Below are positions 36,486 through 45,212 of a stretch of 64,000 nucleotides of DNA, piece by piece; position 1 is the stretch's first letter, and each line of letters begins with the position of its first letter. Location: contig CAWEXJ010000002.1 in assembly GCA_963813035.1 (NCBI GenBank), positions 2,426,756 through 2,490,755 on the forward strand, given 5' to 3'. This DNA comes from an uncultured Solirubrobacteraceae bacterium (GTDB lineage: Bacteria; Actinomycetota; Thermoleophilia; Solirubrobacterales; Solirubrobacteraceae). Made by a program: the position numbers and the translations under genes. The notes beneath the pieces are model-generated. The model was not told the origin of the DNA, did no database searches, and saw only the letters and a list, made by a program, of their open reading frames with translations.

Positions 36486-36716
36486 CTAGAGGGCCTGGGC
36501 GAGCGGCAGCTGGTCGCCCGCGACGCGCGCGCGGCGGCGGTCGCGGATCAGGCGGCGCTGGTCGGCATCCGAGGTGGCGCTCCTGGCGCTGCGAGCGCGC
36601 CGGTCGAACTCACGGCGCTCGACGATGACGGTGACATTCTCATCGTCCTTGTAGCGCTCTTCCATCCGCGGAAGGAGCTCGTCTGCCAGTGCTCTTGGAA
36701 CCACGCAATAGATCAT
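36486..36716 (-). CDS. hypothetical small protein (76 aa), Arg-rich C-terminus
   Basis: ORF with ATG start in the same orientation as its neighbours. No motif recognized. The first ~25 codons have lower GC3 than surrounding genes. Confidence 0.45.
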   Translation of the reverse strand: MIYCVVPRALADELLPRMEERYKDDENVTVIVERREFDRRARSARSATSDADQRRLIRDRRRARVAGDQLPLAQAL

Positions 36717-36767
36717 CAGACGATCAATCCTACTCCCTGCGACCTCAGAAACAAGGGGTGCAACCGT

Positions 36768-37487
36768 TTAGATCGCGAGCGCCAGCGTGCCCGTGTCGGA
36801 CGCGCTGGCGTTGGCCTGGTACTCGTCACGGTCGAGTTCTGAGAGCTCGGTGCCCTGGCCGGCGGCCACCGCCACTGCGGCCGGGCCATCTCCGAGGTCG
36901 ACCTCGTAGCGATACCAGCAGAGCTCCCAGGCCACGACGATCCGCACCACTTCGTCGTGGTGCTCAGCCGAGCGCACACAGATCACGGGCTCCCCCAGCG
37001 AGCGGGCGACGCCCGAGACCCGCCGCGGGTACTCACCGGCATTGAAGACCTCGATCGCCTTTTCCAGGATCCACTGTGCGCGGGGCGGTTCGGGCGCGGG
37101 CGCGGCCGACGCCACCGCGCCTACCGGCTGGGCGGTTGGCCTGCCCGAAGACTGGGCGGGCATCGCGTCGAACAGGTCATAGCCGTCGGCGGCCTGGGCG
37201 GGGTCCTCGCTGTGGCTCGCCACCGACTCGGGGGGGCGAGCGGCCTGTTTGAGGCGGTCGAAGAGGCTGCGGCCTCGGCGCGCCCGGGTGGGCGGCAACT
37301 CGACCGAGGACTGTCCGGTCTCCCGCAGCCAGCCCTCGTGCGCTGCACGTGGGGCGCACAGCTCACAGACCGTCCGTCGCCGTCCGGCGGCCAGGAAGAT
37401 GTCTGGCTGCTCGCCACGCAGGAGCCGGCGCTCGCACACATCACACTCCACGTCGGGCTGGGATGTGACGATCGTCCGGGTTGTCAT
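36768..37487 (-). CDS. hypothetical protein with N-terminal CxxC...CxxC zinc-ribbon-like motif
   Basis: ECDVCERRLL...RRTVCELCAPR at the N-terminus, a Pro/Ala-rich linker, and a structured C-terminal ~90 aa (WILEKAIEVFNAGEYP...VVAWELCWYRYEVDL). No family recognized. Confidence 0.6.
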   Translation of the reverse strand: MTTRTIVTSQPDVECDVCERRLLRGEQPDIFLAAGRRRTVCELCAPRAAHEGWLRETGQSSVELPPTRARRGRSLFDRLKQAARPPESVASHSEDPAQAADGYDLFDAMPAQSSGRPTAQPVGAVASAAPAPEPPRAQWILEKAIEVFNAGEYPRRVSGVARSLGEPVICVRSAEHHDEVVRIVVAWELCWYRYEVDLGDGPAAVAVAAGQGTELSELDRDEYQANASASDTGTLALAI

Positions 37488-37541
37488 CGCTCAGCAGCGT
37501 ACCGTTAGCGGGATGCCTTCACCAGCGATGCGCCTGAATCC

Positions 37542-39623
37542 TCAGGCGTGCGTGGCCTGCTGCTCCGCTCCGGCCTGCTCGACGACACGCTGCGCGAGGT
37601 GGCTGGGAACCTCCTCGTAGCGCAGGAACTCGAGCGTGTAGTCGCCCTGTCCCTGGGTGATCGAACGCAGGTCGGGCGCGTAGGTGAGCATCTCGGCCAT
37701 CGGGACTTCGGCGCGGATCTCGGTCATCCCGCCCGCCGGCTCCATCCCCTGTGGGCGGCCGCGGCGGCCGTTGAGATCACCGATCACCTCGCCCACATGA
37801 TCCTCGGGCACCGACAGGGTGACCGTCATGACCGGCTCGAGCAGCACGGGGTCCGCCTGGCCGAGCGCCTGGCGCATCGCCTGCGCCCCGGCCAGCTTGA
37901 AGGCGATCTCCGAGGAGTCGACCGAGTGGTAGGCCCCGTCGAACAGCTTGACGCGAACGCCCTGAACGGGATAGCCGGCCAGAACGCCGCTCTCCATCGC
38001 CTCGCGGACGCCCTTCTCGACGGCCGGTATGAACGAGCTCGGGATCACGCCACCCTTGATCTCGTTGACGAACTCAAAGCCACCGCGCTCGCTCGCCCCG
38101 CCCAGCGGTTCGATGGCGATCTGGCAGTCACCGAACTGGCCCCGCCCGCCCGACTGCTTCTTGTGGCGCCCGTGCGCCGCCGCCGCGGCCCTGATCGTCT
38201 CGCGATAGGGGACCCGCGGAGGCTTGAGCGTCACTTCGACACCGAACCGGGCTCGCAGGCGATCGACGATCACTTCAACGTGCACCTGGGAGAGGCCGGC
38301 GACTATCTGCTCGCCGGTCTGCTGGTCGCGGTGAAGGTCAATCGTCGGGTCCTCCTCCTGCAGGCGACGCAGCGAGGACAGTACCTTCTCCTCATCGCCG
38401 CGGCTGCGGGGAGCCACGGCGAAGGCCATCACCGGCGCAGGCAGTTTCGGGCGGGGCATCTCGATCGGCTCGTCGCGGTCGGCCAGCCAGTCCCCCGCCC
38501 GCGTCTCCTTGAGCTTGGCAACCGCGCCCAGGTCGCCGGGGCCGAACTCGTCCGCATGCTCGACCGTCTTTCCGGCCGAGACAACGAGCTGCCCGATCCG
38601 CTCCTTGACGTGTGCGCGGGTGTTGAGCACATGGCTGTCGGCACGCATTACGCCCTGGTAGACACGGAGCAGGTTTATGCGCCCGGCGTAGGGGTCCGCT
38701 CGGGTCTTGAAGACGTAGGCGAACAGTGGCACGCCCTCGACCGCGCGGAGCTCCTGCTCGCCGACCAGCAGCGCGCCGTGCTTTACGGGTGAGGGCAGGT
38801 CCTCGACGATCGCATCGAGCAGGCGCGCGGTGCCGAGGTTGGCCGTCGCCACCCCGCAGACGACAGGGAAGATCTTGCCGTGGTTGGTCCCCTCCTTGAG
38901 GGCCTCCACGATCTCGCCGTGGGAGATCTCCTCGCCCTCCAGGTAGCGCTCCATCAGGGCATCGGAGACTTCGGAGACCTCGTCCATCAGTTTCTCCCGG
39001 TATTCGGCGGCCAGAGCTGCGGACTCGGCCGGGATCGGAATCTCGCTCCAGGCGCCTCGTCCGGGCGAATCGTGGCGGAAGGCCTTCATGTCGACCAGGT
39101 CGATGACGCCGCTGATCTCGTGTTCGGTCCCGATCGGGATCTCGGTTGCCACGACGTGCTGGCCGAAGGCGCGCTTGAGCTGTTCCAGGGTGCGGAAGAA
39201 GTCGGCCCGCTCGCGGTCGAGCATGTTGACGAACAGCATCCTGGCGAGGTCGAGCTCGGCAGCCCGCGCCCACAGCCGCGTCGTCCCCACCTCCACCCCC
39301 ATGACAGCGTTGACCACGAACACGGCCGACTCGCAGACGCGCAGGGCGCCGAGCGCGTCGGCCACGAAGCTCGGCTCACCGGGCGTGTCCAGCAGGTTGA
39401 CCTTCCGTTCCTGCCAGGTGAACGAGCTCAGCGCGGCCGAGATGGACATCTGGCGGGCCTGCTCGTCGGGATCGGCGTCGGAGACCGTGCCGCCGTCGGG
39501 CACGGAGCCGAGCCGGTTGATGGCTCCCGCCTCGAACAGGAGGGCCTCATGCAGCGAGGTCTTCCCCGCCCCTCGATGGCCGACGAGGGCGACGTTGCGA
39601 ATCCTGTCCGCGGCGGGGTGCAT
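37542..39623 (-). CDS. elongation factor G paralog (EF-G2-like, divergent GTPase motifs)
   Basis: Five-domain EF-G architecture by length and similarity. G1 is GHRGAGKTS, G3 is DTPGEPSF, G4 is NMLD. ATG 39623 is preceded by GAAGGAG. It is not in an rpsL-rpsG-fusA-tuf context. Confidence 0.88.
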   Translation of the reverse strand: MHPAADRIRNVALVGHRGAGKTSLHEALLFEAGAINRLGSVPDGGTVSDADPDEQARQMSISAALSSFTWQERKVNLLDTPGEPSFVADALGALRVCESAVFVVNAVMGVEVGTTRLWARAAELDLARMLFVNMLDRERADFFRTLEQLKRAFGQHVVATEIPIGTEHEISGVIDLVDMKAFRHDSPGRGAWSEIPIPAESAALAAEYREKLMDEVSEVSDALMERYLEGEEISHGEIVEALKEGTNHGKIFPVVCGVATANLGTARLLDAIVEDLPSPVKHGALLVGEQELRAVEGVPLFAYVFKTRADPYAGRINLLRVYQGVMRADSHVLNTRAHVKERIGQLVVSAGKTVEHADEFGPGDLGAVAKLKETRAGDWLADRDEPIEMPRPKLPAPVMAFAVAPRSRGDEEKVLSSLRRLQEEDPTIDLHRDQQTGEQIVAGLSQVHVEVIVDRLRARFGVEVTLKPPRVPYRETIRAAAAAHGRHKKQSGGRGQFGDCQIAIEPLGGASERGGFEFVNEIKGGVIPSSFIPAVEKGVREAMESGVLAGYPVQGVRVKLFDGAYHSVDSSEIAFKLAGAQAMRQALGQADPVLLEPVMTVTLSVPEDHVGEVIGDLNGRRGRPQGMEPAGGMTEIRAEVPMAEMLTYAPDLRSITQGQGDYTLEFLRYEEVPSHLAQRVVEQAGAEQQATHA

Positions 39624-39651
39624 GGGTGTCTCCTTCGTCGGGGTCGATTCA

Positions 39652-39680
39652 CCATACCGCCGGTGATCGGCGAGGTAAAC
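39652..39680 (-). promoter_or_regulatory. predicted sigma70-type promoter upstream of the EF-G paralog
   Basis: Minus strand reads TTTACC (39680-39675), 17 nt, TATGGT (39657-39652), about 28 nt upstream of the ATG. Confidence 0.4.
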
Positions 39681-39782
39681 CCGGCTCTCCAACCCCTCAC
39701 GACGGCTGTGGCGCACCGCCGCAGGACCTAGACCGGCGCGATCGTTTGCTCCGACGCCGGGCTGGGCCCTGCGCCCTAGGAG

Positions 39783-40496
39783 CTAGTCGTCGAAGCTCTC
39801 CTCCTGCATCCGCGAGCGCAGACGCAGGACTGCCTTGGTGTGCATCTGCGAGACACGGGACTCGGTCACCCCGAGGACCTCCCCGATCTCCCGCAGAGTC
39901 AGGTTCTCGTAGTAGTAGAGGGCGATCACGAGCTTCTCGCGCTCGGGAAGCTTGGCGATCGAGTCCGCGATGCGGTCCTTGAGGTCGCCCACGTCAAGCG
40001 CCTTGGCTGGATCGGGGGCACCGGGATCCTCGATCGTGTCCATCAGCGAGACCGAGTCACCCGAAGAGTCCGAGACGCTCCACAGCTCGTCCAGGGCCAC
40101 GATCGAGGAGTGCGAGATGGCCAGCAGCGAATCGTTGAGTTCCTCCAGAGTGATCCCCATCTCGTTGGCGATCTCCTGGTCGGTAGGAGCGCGCTGAAGC
40201 AGGTGCTCGAGCTTGGAGTTGGCCCGCTCGACCTCGCGGGCGCGAGCCCGGACGCTGCGCGGCACCCAGTCGAGCGAGCGGAGCTCGTCGATGATGGCGC
40301 CCTTGATGCGCATGATCGCGTAGGTCTCGAACTTGATGTCGCGGGACAGATCGAATCGCTCGATCGCCGAGATAAGGCCGACGAGGCCGTAGGAGATCAG
40401 GTCCGCCTCCTCCACGTGCGGAGGCAGCCCCGCGGCGGTCCGCCCGGCGACGTACTTCACCAGGGGCGAGTAGGCGACGACCAGCCGCTCGCGCAC
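39783..40496 (-). CDS. whiG: RNA polymerase sigma factor, WhiG/FliA (sigma-28) family; true start probably upstream (to about 40568)
   Basis: [40 protein letters not shown] and [25 protein letters not shown]. The minimal ORF from GTG 40496 is given; see the finding on the start codon. Confidence 0.9.
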   Translation of the reverse strand: [237 protein letters not shown]

Positions 40497-40586
40497 GCGG
40501 TTGTCCCCATCCTCCTTATATCGCCGCCAGAGTTCGCGCAGCTCGATCGGTTTGACGTTCGTCTCCAGGGCTTTCCTCCCCTGTAA

Positions 40587-41531
40587 TCAGGCCCGAGGGT
40601 GACTGCGCGCATAGGCGCTTCTAAGCCGGGCGGACTCTACCCGAGTGTAAATCTGAGTGCTGGACACGCTGGCATGCCCCAACATCTCCTGGATCGACCG
40701 CAGGTCCGCTCCGCCGTCGAGCAGATGCGTCGCGAAGCTGTGGCGGAGCGCGTGCGGGGAGGCGTCCATGGCCACCCCGGTCCGCTCGGCCCACCGTCTC
40801 AGGCGCCGGCGCACGTCGCTGGTCCCTAGCCCGCGGCCGGTTCGGCTGAGGAACAGGTTCGCCGGCGCTACGGCGCCCGCCTCCGCCGCGAGCTGCGGGC
40901 GCGAGCGCTCGAGATAGACGCGCAGGGCGGCCATTGCGGGCTCGCCGACAGGAACGAAGCGGGTCTTGCGGCCCTTGCCCTCAACGCGTACCTGCTCGCC
41001 GTCGTGGTCGATGTCGGCAACCGCCACGGAGACGAGCTCCTCCGCCCGGAGTCCGCAGGAGTAGGCCAGCTCGAACATCGCCCGGTCGCGGGTCTCCAGC
41101 GCCCCGGAGGCGGGGATGCCGTCGAGCAGGCGGGCTGCGTCACGGGCGCTGAGGACGCGCGGGAGATGCGATCCGCGCCTGGGCGTCGAAACCAGCTCAG
41201 CCGGGTTCTGGGCCACCCGGCCATGCTCGCGAAGACTCGAGAAGAGCGCGCGCAGTGCCGCGAGCTTGCGCGCCGAGGTGCTGGGGGCGGCGCCCTGCCT
41301 GCTCAGCGCGGCGACGTAGCGGCGCACCTCGCGCGGGCCGACGCCGGCGGGCTCGAGCCGCAGGGGTTCGGCCCAACGGGCCAGGCCTTCGACATCGACG
41401 CGGTATGCCCGGCGGGTCCGAGGGGCCGCGTCGCGGCGCACCAGATCGCCGTCGAGCAGCGCCAGCGCCTCGCGCCAGGGCGCGCCGAGCGCGGCAACGG
41501 CGGCGTCGTTTTCGCTCGGTGGCGTCTGCAT
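40587..41531 (-). CDS. xerC: tyrosine recombinase XerC/XerD family
   Basis: HALRHSFATHLL and LGHASVSSTQIYTRV catalytic motifs. 314 aa from ATG 41531; the ORF-track extension to 41879 is rejected. Confidence 0.85.
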   Translation of the reverse strand: MQTPPSENDAAVAALGAPWREALALLDGDLVRRDAAPRTRRAYRVDVEGLARWAEPLRLEPAGVGPREVRRYVAALSRQGAAPSTSARKLAALRALFSSLREHGRVAQNPAELVSTPRRGSHLPRVLSARDAARLLDGIPASGALETRDRAMFELAYSCGLRAEELVSVAVADIDHDGEQVRVEGKGRKTRFVPVGEPAMAALRVYLERSRPQLAAEAGAVAPANLFLSRTGRGLGTSDVRRRLRRWAERTGVAMDASPHALRHSFATHLLDGGADLRSIQEMLGHASVSSTQIYTRVESARLRSAYARSHPRA

Positions 41532-41607
41532 CACGGCATCTTCTTCGCCGCGATGGGTGCTGGGCCTGCCCCAGCCGCTGCTCAGGCCCTCCGTGGCTGT
41601 CTTCACC

Positions 41608-41636
41608 TTCACCATTATTAGCGACTGGGATAGATT
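41608..41636 (+). promoter_or_regulatory. predicted promoter giving a leaderless mRNA for the alpha/beta hydrolase
   Basis: TTCACC (41608-41613), 17 nt, TAGATT (41631-41636), then 7 nt to ATG 41644. No SD sequence. Confidence 0.4.
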
Positions 41637-41643
41637 GCCTCGG

Positions 41644-42567
41644 ATGGGCGCCGAACGACGAGCCGGGACCGCTGCAGCTGCCTCTCCCTCGGTCAACGGG
41701 GCCGGACCTGCGCCGTGGGAGCAGATCGACTGGCGCGAGCACCAGCGCTGGGTGAGCGTCGCCGGGCACCCCGTCAACACGATCGAGCTCGGCGCCGGCG
41801 ATGTGATCCTGTTCGTCCACGGCCTCTCGGGCTCCTGGCCGAACTGGCTCGAGCAGCTCGTGCCCTTCTCGGCCACCAACCGCGTCGTCGCGGTCGATCT
41901 ACCCGGCTTCGGGCACTCACCGGGGCACGCGGGAGAGATCTCGATGGAGGGCTACGCCGAGCTGCTCGACGGCCTTTTGGCGGAGCTCGGCGCCGAGCGG
42001 GCGACGCTGGTCGGCAACTCGATGGGCGGCCTGATCGCGGCCGAGCTGGCCGCATCGCATCCTGAGCGCGTGGAGCACCTCGTGCTGGTCTCTCCCGCCG
42101 GCATGTCCACGTTCCGCAACCGGCTGACCAGCCGGGCGATGCCGTTTGTGCGCAGACTCAACCGGGTCCTGGCCCTGGGGGCTGCCTGGACAGCCGCCAA
42201 CTCGGACGCGATCACGCGCCGTCCGCGGCTGCGCACCCTGGCCCTGAACGGAGTCATGCGACACCCCGGCGACCTTTCTGCCCAGCTGGCGGCCGAGCAG
42301 GTGCGCGGCGCCGGGACCGAGGGCTTCCTGGGCGCCCTGGAGGCAATCCTCGAGTACGACGTCAGCGACCGTCTGGCGCTGATCTCCTGCCCGTCGCTGA
42401 TCGTCTGGGGCACCGATGACCGGCTGATATCCGTCGAGGATGCCGAGCGCTTCGCAGCGGGCATCAAGGGATCGCGAAAGGTCATCTACCCCGACACCGG
42501 CCACATGGCCATGCTCGAGCGCCCGGCCGAGTTCAACGCCCTGCTGCGCGAACTGCTCGATAGCTGA
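41644..42567 (+). CDS. alpha/beta hydrolase
   Basis: HGLSGSW oxyanion region, GNSMGG nucleophile elbow and C-terminal DTGHMAMLERP. Confidence 0.85.
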   Translation: MGAERRAGTAAAASPSVNGAGPAPWEQIDWREHQRWVSVAGHPVNTIELGAGDVILFVHGLSGSWPNWLEQLVPFSATNRVVAVDLPGFGHSPGHAGEISMEGYAELLDGLLAELGAERATLVGNSMGGLIAAELAASHPERVEHLVLVSPAGMSTFRNRLTSRAMPFVRRLNRVLALGAAWTAANSDAITRRPRLRTLALNGVMRHPGDLSAQLAAEQVRGAGTEGFLGALEAILEYDVSDRLALISCPSLIVWGTDDRLISVEDAERFAAGIKGSRKVIYPDTGHMAMLERPAEFNALLRELLDS

Positions 42568-42585
42568 GCAGGGCCTGAGGGGCGG

Positions 42586-44277
42586 CTATCGGGCGACTGC
42601 GCCCTCTGAGGCGCTGCCGACGAGCTTGGCGTACTTCTGAATCGCCACATCGATGTGTTCGTCGGCCCTAGGGGGCTGACGATAGGCAGCCGTCCGTTCA
42701 GCTATCTGCTCGTCGGAGAGCGCGACATCCAGCCGGCCCGCATCGGCGTCGACCGTCACGATGTCTCCGTCGCTGAGAGCCCCGATGGGTCCTCCGCGGA
42801 CGGCCTCGGGCGCGACGTGCGCAACCATGAAGCCCCGGCTGGCGCCGGAGAAGCGTCCGTCGGTGATCAGCGAGACCTCCTCACCGAGCCCCTCCCCCAC
42901 GATCGCCGCAGTCACGGCCAGCATCTCGCGCATCCCGGGCCCGCCCGCCGGCCCCTCGCCGCGGATCACCACCACGTCCCCCGCCTTGATCTCATGAGCG
43001 AGGACCGCCGCCATCGCGCCCTCCTCGCCGTCGAACACGCGTGCCGGGCCCGTGTGTTTACGACGCTCGTGCCCGGAGAGCTTCACGACACAGCCTTCGG
43101 GTGCGATGTTGCCACGCAGGATCGCGAAGCCCCCGGTCGCTTTGAGCGGGTCCGACAGCGGCCTGACGACCCGCTGGCCGGCTGTCTCCTGGGCCTCGGA
43201 GGCGTGTTCGCCGATCGTCCTGCCGCTCACCGTGGCTGCGTCTGCGTTGAGCAGGCCCGCCTCGGCGAGACGGCCGAGGACCAACGGGACCCCCCCGGCT
43301 TCGTAGAGCTCGGTTGCGACGTAGCGTCCGCCGGGCTGCAGGTCGCACAGCAGCGGCGTGCGCTCGGAGATCGCCTCGAACTCGTCGATCTCCAGCGGCA
43401 CGCCCATTTCGCGGGCGACAGCCAGCAGGTGCAGAACCCCGTTGGTCGAGCCGCCGCTGGTCGCAACCGCGGCGATGGCGTTTTCGAGGCCCGCCTTGGT
43501 GATCACGTCGCTGGGGCGCTGGCCGCGACGCAGCACATCGATGACGAGTTCGCCGCACTGTTTCGCGACCTCGATCTTGCGGCCGTCCTCGGCCGGAACC
43601 ATCGAGCTTCCCGCGGGGGAGATGCCCAGCGCCTCGAAGGCCATCGCCATCGTGTTGGCGGTGAACTGCCCGCCGCAGGCGCCGGCGCCAGGTGAGGCGG
43701 CCTCCTCGAGTTCGTGCAGCTCGTCCTCGGTGATCTTGCCCGCGGCGAACTCGCCGACGGCCTCGAAGACCTGCTGGATGGTGACCTCCCGGTCCTTGAA
43801 CCAACCGGGCCGGATCGAGCCTCCGTAGAGCATCAGGCCGGGGATGTTCAGCCGCGCCAGCGCCATGACGGTGCCCGGGATCGTCTTGTCGCAGCCGCTG
43901 ATCGTGACGAGCGCGTCGAAGAAGTGGGCGCTTGCCACCAGCTCGATCGAGTCGGCGATGATCTCGCGTGAGACCAGCGATGCGCGCATGCCCGAGGTGC
44001 CCATCGTGATGCCGTCCGAGATGGCGATCGTGTTGAGCTCCATGGGCGTGCCGCCGGCCGCGCGGATCCCCTCCTTGACCTTGGCCGCCAGGACCCTGTT
44101 GTTGAAGTTGCAGGGCATAGTCTCGATCCACGAGTGGGCCACGCCGACGATCGGCTTGGCGAGGTCCTCGGCCGAGTAACCGATCCCGTGCAGGTATGAG
44201 CGCGCGGCGGCGCGCTCCGGGCCCTCGGTCAGGGCACGGCTGCGGTGCTTCAGGTCGAATCCCTCGGGTGTGCTCAC
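42586..44277 (-). CDS. ilvD: dihydroxy-acid dehydratase
   Basis: ISGCDKTIPG, PGAGACGGQFTANTM and 563 aa. GTG start overlaps the upstream stop (GTGA). Confidence 0.95.
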   Translation of the reverse strand: MSTPEGFDLKHRSRALTEGPERAAARSYLHGIGYSAEDLAKPIVGVAHSWIETMPCNFNNRVLAAKVKEGIRAAGGTPMELNTIAISDGITMGTSGMRASLVSREIIADSIELVASAHFFDALVTISGCDKTIPGTVMALARLNIPGLMLYGGSIRPGWFKDREVTIQQVFEAVGEFAAGKITEDELHELEEAASPGAGACGGQFTANTMAMAFEALGISPAGSSMVPAEDGRKIEVAKQCGELVIDVLRRGQRPSDVITKAGLENAIAAVATSGGSTNGVLHLLAVAREMGVPLEIDEFEAISERTPLLCDLQPGGRYVATELYEAGGVPLVLGRLAEAGLLNADAATVSGRTIGEHASEAQETAGQRVVRPLSDPLKATGGFAILRGNIAPEGCVVKLSGHERRKHTGPARVFDGEEGAMAAVLAHEIKAGDVVVIRGEGPAGGPGMREMLAVTAAIVGEGLGEEVSLITDGRFSGASRGFMVAHVAPEAVRGGPIGALSDGDIVTVDADAGRLDVALSDEQIAERTAAYRQPPRADEHIDVAIQKYAKLVGSASEGAVAR

Positions 44278-44891
44278 GCGGCGCGCACACTACCGGGCCG
44301 CCGGGCAGGCGGTTCGGCGGCCCGGCGGCTCTGCCAACGCTCGATCCGCTGCAGGTCGCGCCGCACGCGCTCCGGGTCGACCTGGCGCCCGGGCAGATGC
44401 ATGTTGGCCGTGCCGATCAGGCGCCGCTCGTCGCCGGCGAGCGCCATCCACTTGGCCAGCACGTCATCGGAGTCCGGCAGGCGAGCGCTGCCGTAGGGCC
44501 GGGACTCGTCGGGGAACGCAACGCAGTACTCGCTGAGCAGCTCGCCGGTGGCGGGGACGTAGGCGACGATCGGCTTGTGCGGATAGATCAGATAGGCGTA
44601 GGGAGGCTCAAGCTCGCCGCGCTCACGTCGGGGCGCGGCCAACACGCGCAGCAGGCCGAGATCGCGATACATCGCCCAATCCTCCTCACCGACGCACGAA
44701 CGCAGCAGCTCGCGCGCCCGCTGCTCGGCGCGTCGTTCGCGGCCTGGGTCATAGCCGTCCAGCGGCGAGGCCGCGGCGCGCGTCAGGAAGGCCGCACGCG
44801 CCCGCGTGATGCTGGCGGCCAGCGAGGGGCGCAGCAGCTCCCAGAGCAGCACCACGAGGACGACCGCGGCGGTCCCCAGTGCCAGGTCCAC
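44274..44891 (-). CDS. hypothetical protein with N-terminal TM segment
   Basis: 205-aa ORF translationally coupled to ilvD. N-terminal hydrophobic segment LGTAAVVLVVLLWELL. No motif recognized. Confidence 0.55.
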   Translation of the reverse strand: MDLALGTAAVVLVVLLWELLRPSLAASITRARAAFLTRAAASPLDGYDPGRERRAEQRARELLRSCVGEEDWAMYRDLGLLRVLAAPRRERGELEPPYAYLIYPHKPIVAYVPATGELLSEYCVAFPDESRPYGSARLPDSDDVLAKWMALAGDERRLIGTANMHLPGRQVDPERVRRDLQRIERWQSRRAAEPPARRPGSVRAA

Positions 44892-44895
44892 CGCG

Positions 44896-45159
44896 TCAGG
44901 CGCCGGTGACGGACGCGCCGCCGGCGGCGCGTGGAAAGAAGATCACCCGGTCCGCGTCCCGCGGCACATCCGCGAAACTCCGGACCATTTCCGCCTCTCG
45001 GCGCCCGCCGCCCCGCTCCAGCGGCACGGCCGCCCACATCCCCTCATCCAACTGGCGGCGGAAGGCCTCGATCAGCTCCAGTTCCTGCTCGGGCACCTCG
45101 ACATCGCCCTCGGCAAGCACGATCTCACCATGACCGGGCTTCATCCGCAGGAGCTTCAT
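44896..45159 (-). CDS. hypothetical small protein (87 aa)
   Basis: ORF 4 nt upstream of the next gene in the same orientation. No motif recognized. Confidence 0.45.
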   Translation of the reverse strand: MKLLRMKPGHGEIVLAEGDVEVPEQELELIEAFRRQLDEGMWAAVPLERGGGRREAEMVRSFADVPRDADRVIFFPRAAGGASVTGA

Positions 45160-45212
45160 CGCTCCCGATTATGACAAACCACCGCCCGCCCGATGCCGGT
45201 CCCCGCCTGTGC

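Noticed and set aside
40566-40589. Stop-codon readthrough producing an XerC-WhiG fusion (the xerC TGA is in frame with whiG).
   Set aside because: The in-frame arrangement is most simply coincidence. An SD-like GGAGG sits between the stop and the CTG, which argues for re-initiation. No readthrough context was recognized.
40587-41531. XerC-like tyrosine recombinase as a marker of an integrated mobile element.
   Set aside because: There is no flanking tRNA, direct repeats, phage or conjugation genes, and no visible composition shift. The size and motifs fit the chromosomal dimer-resolution XerC/XerD.
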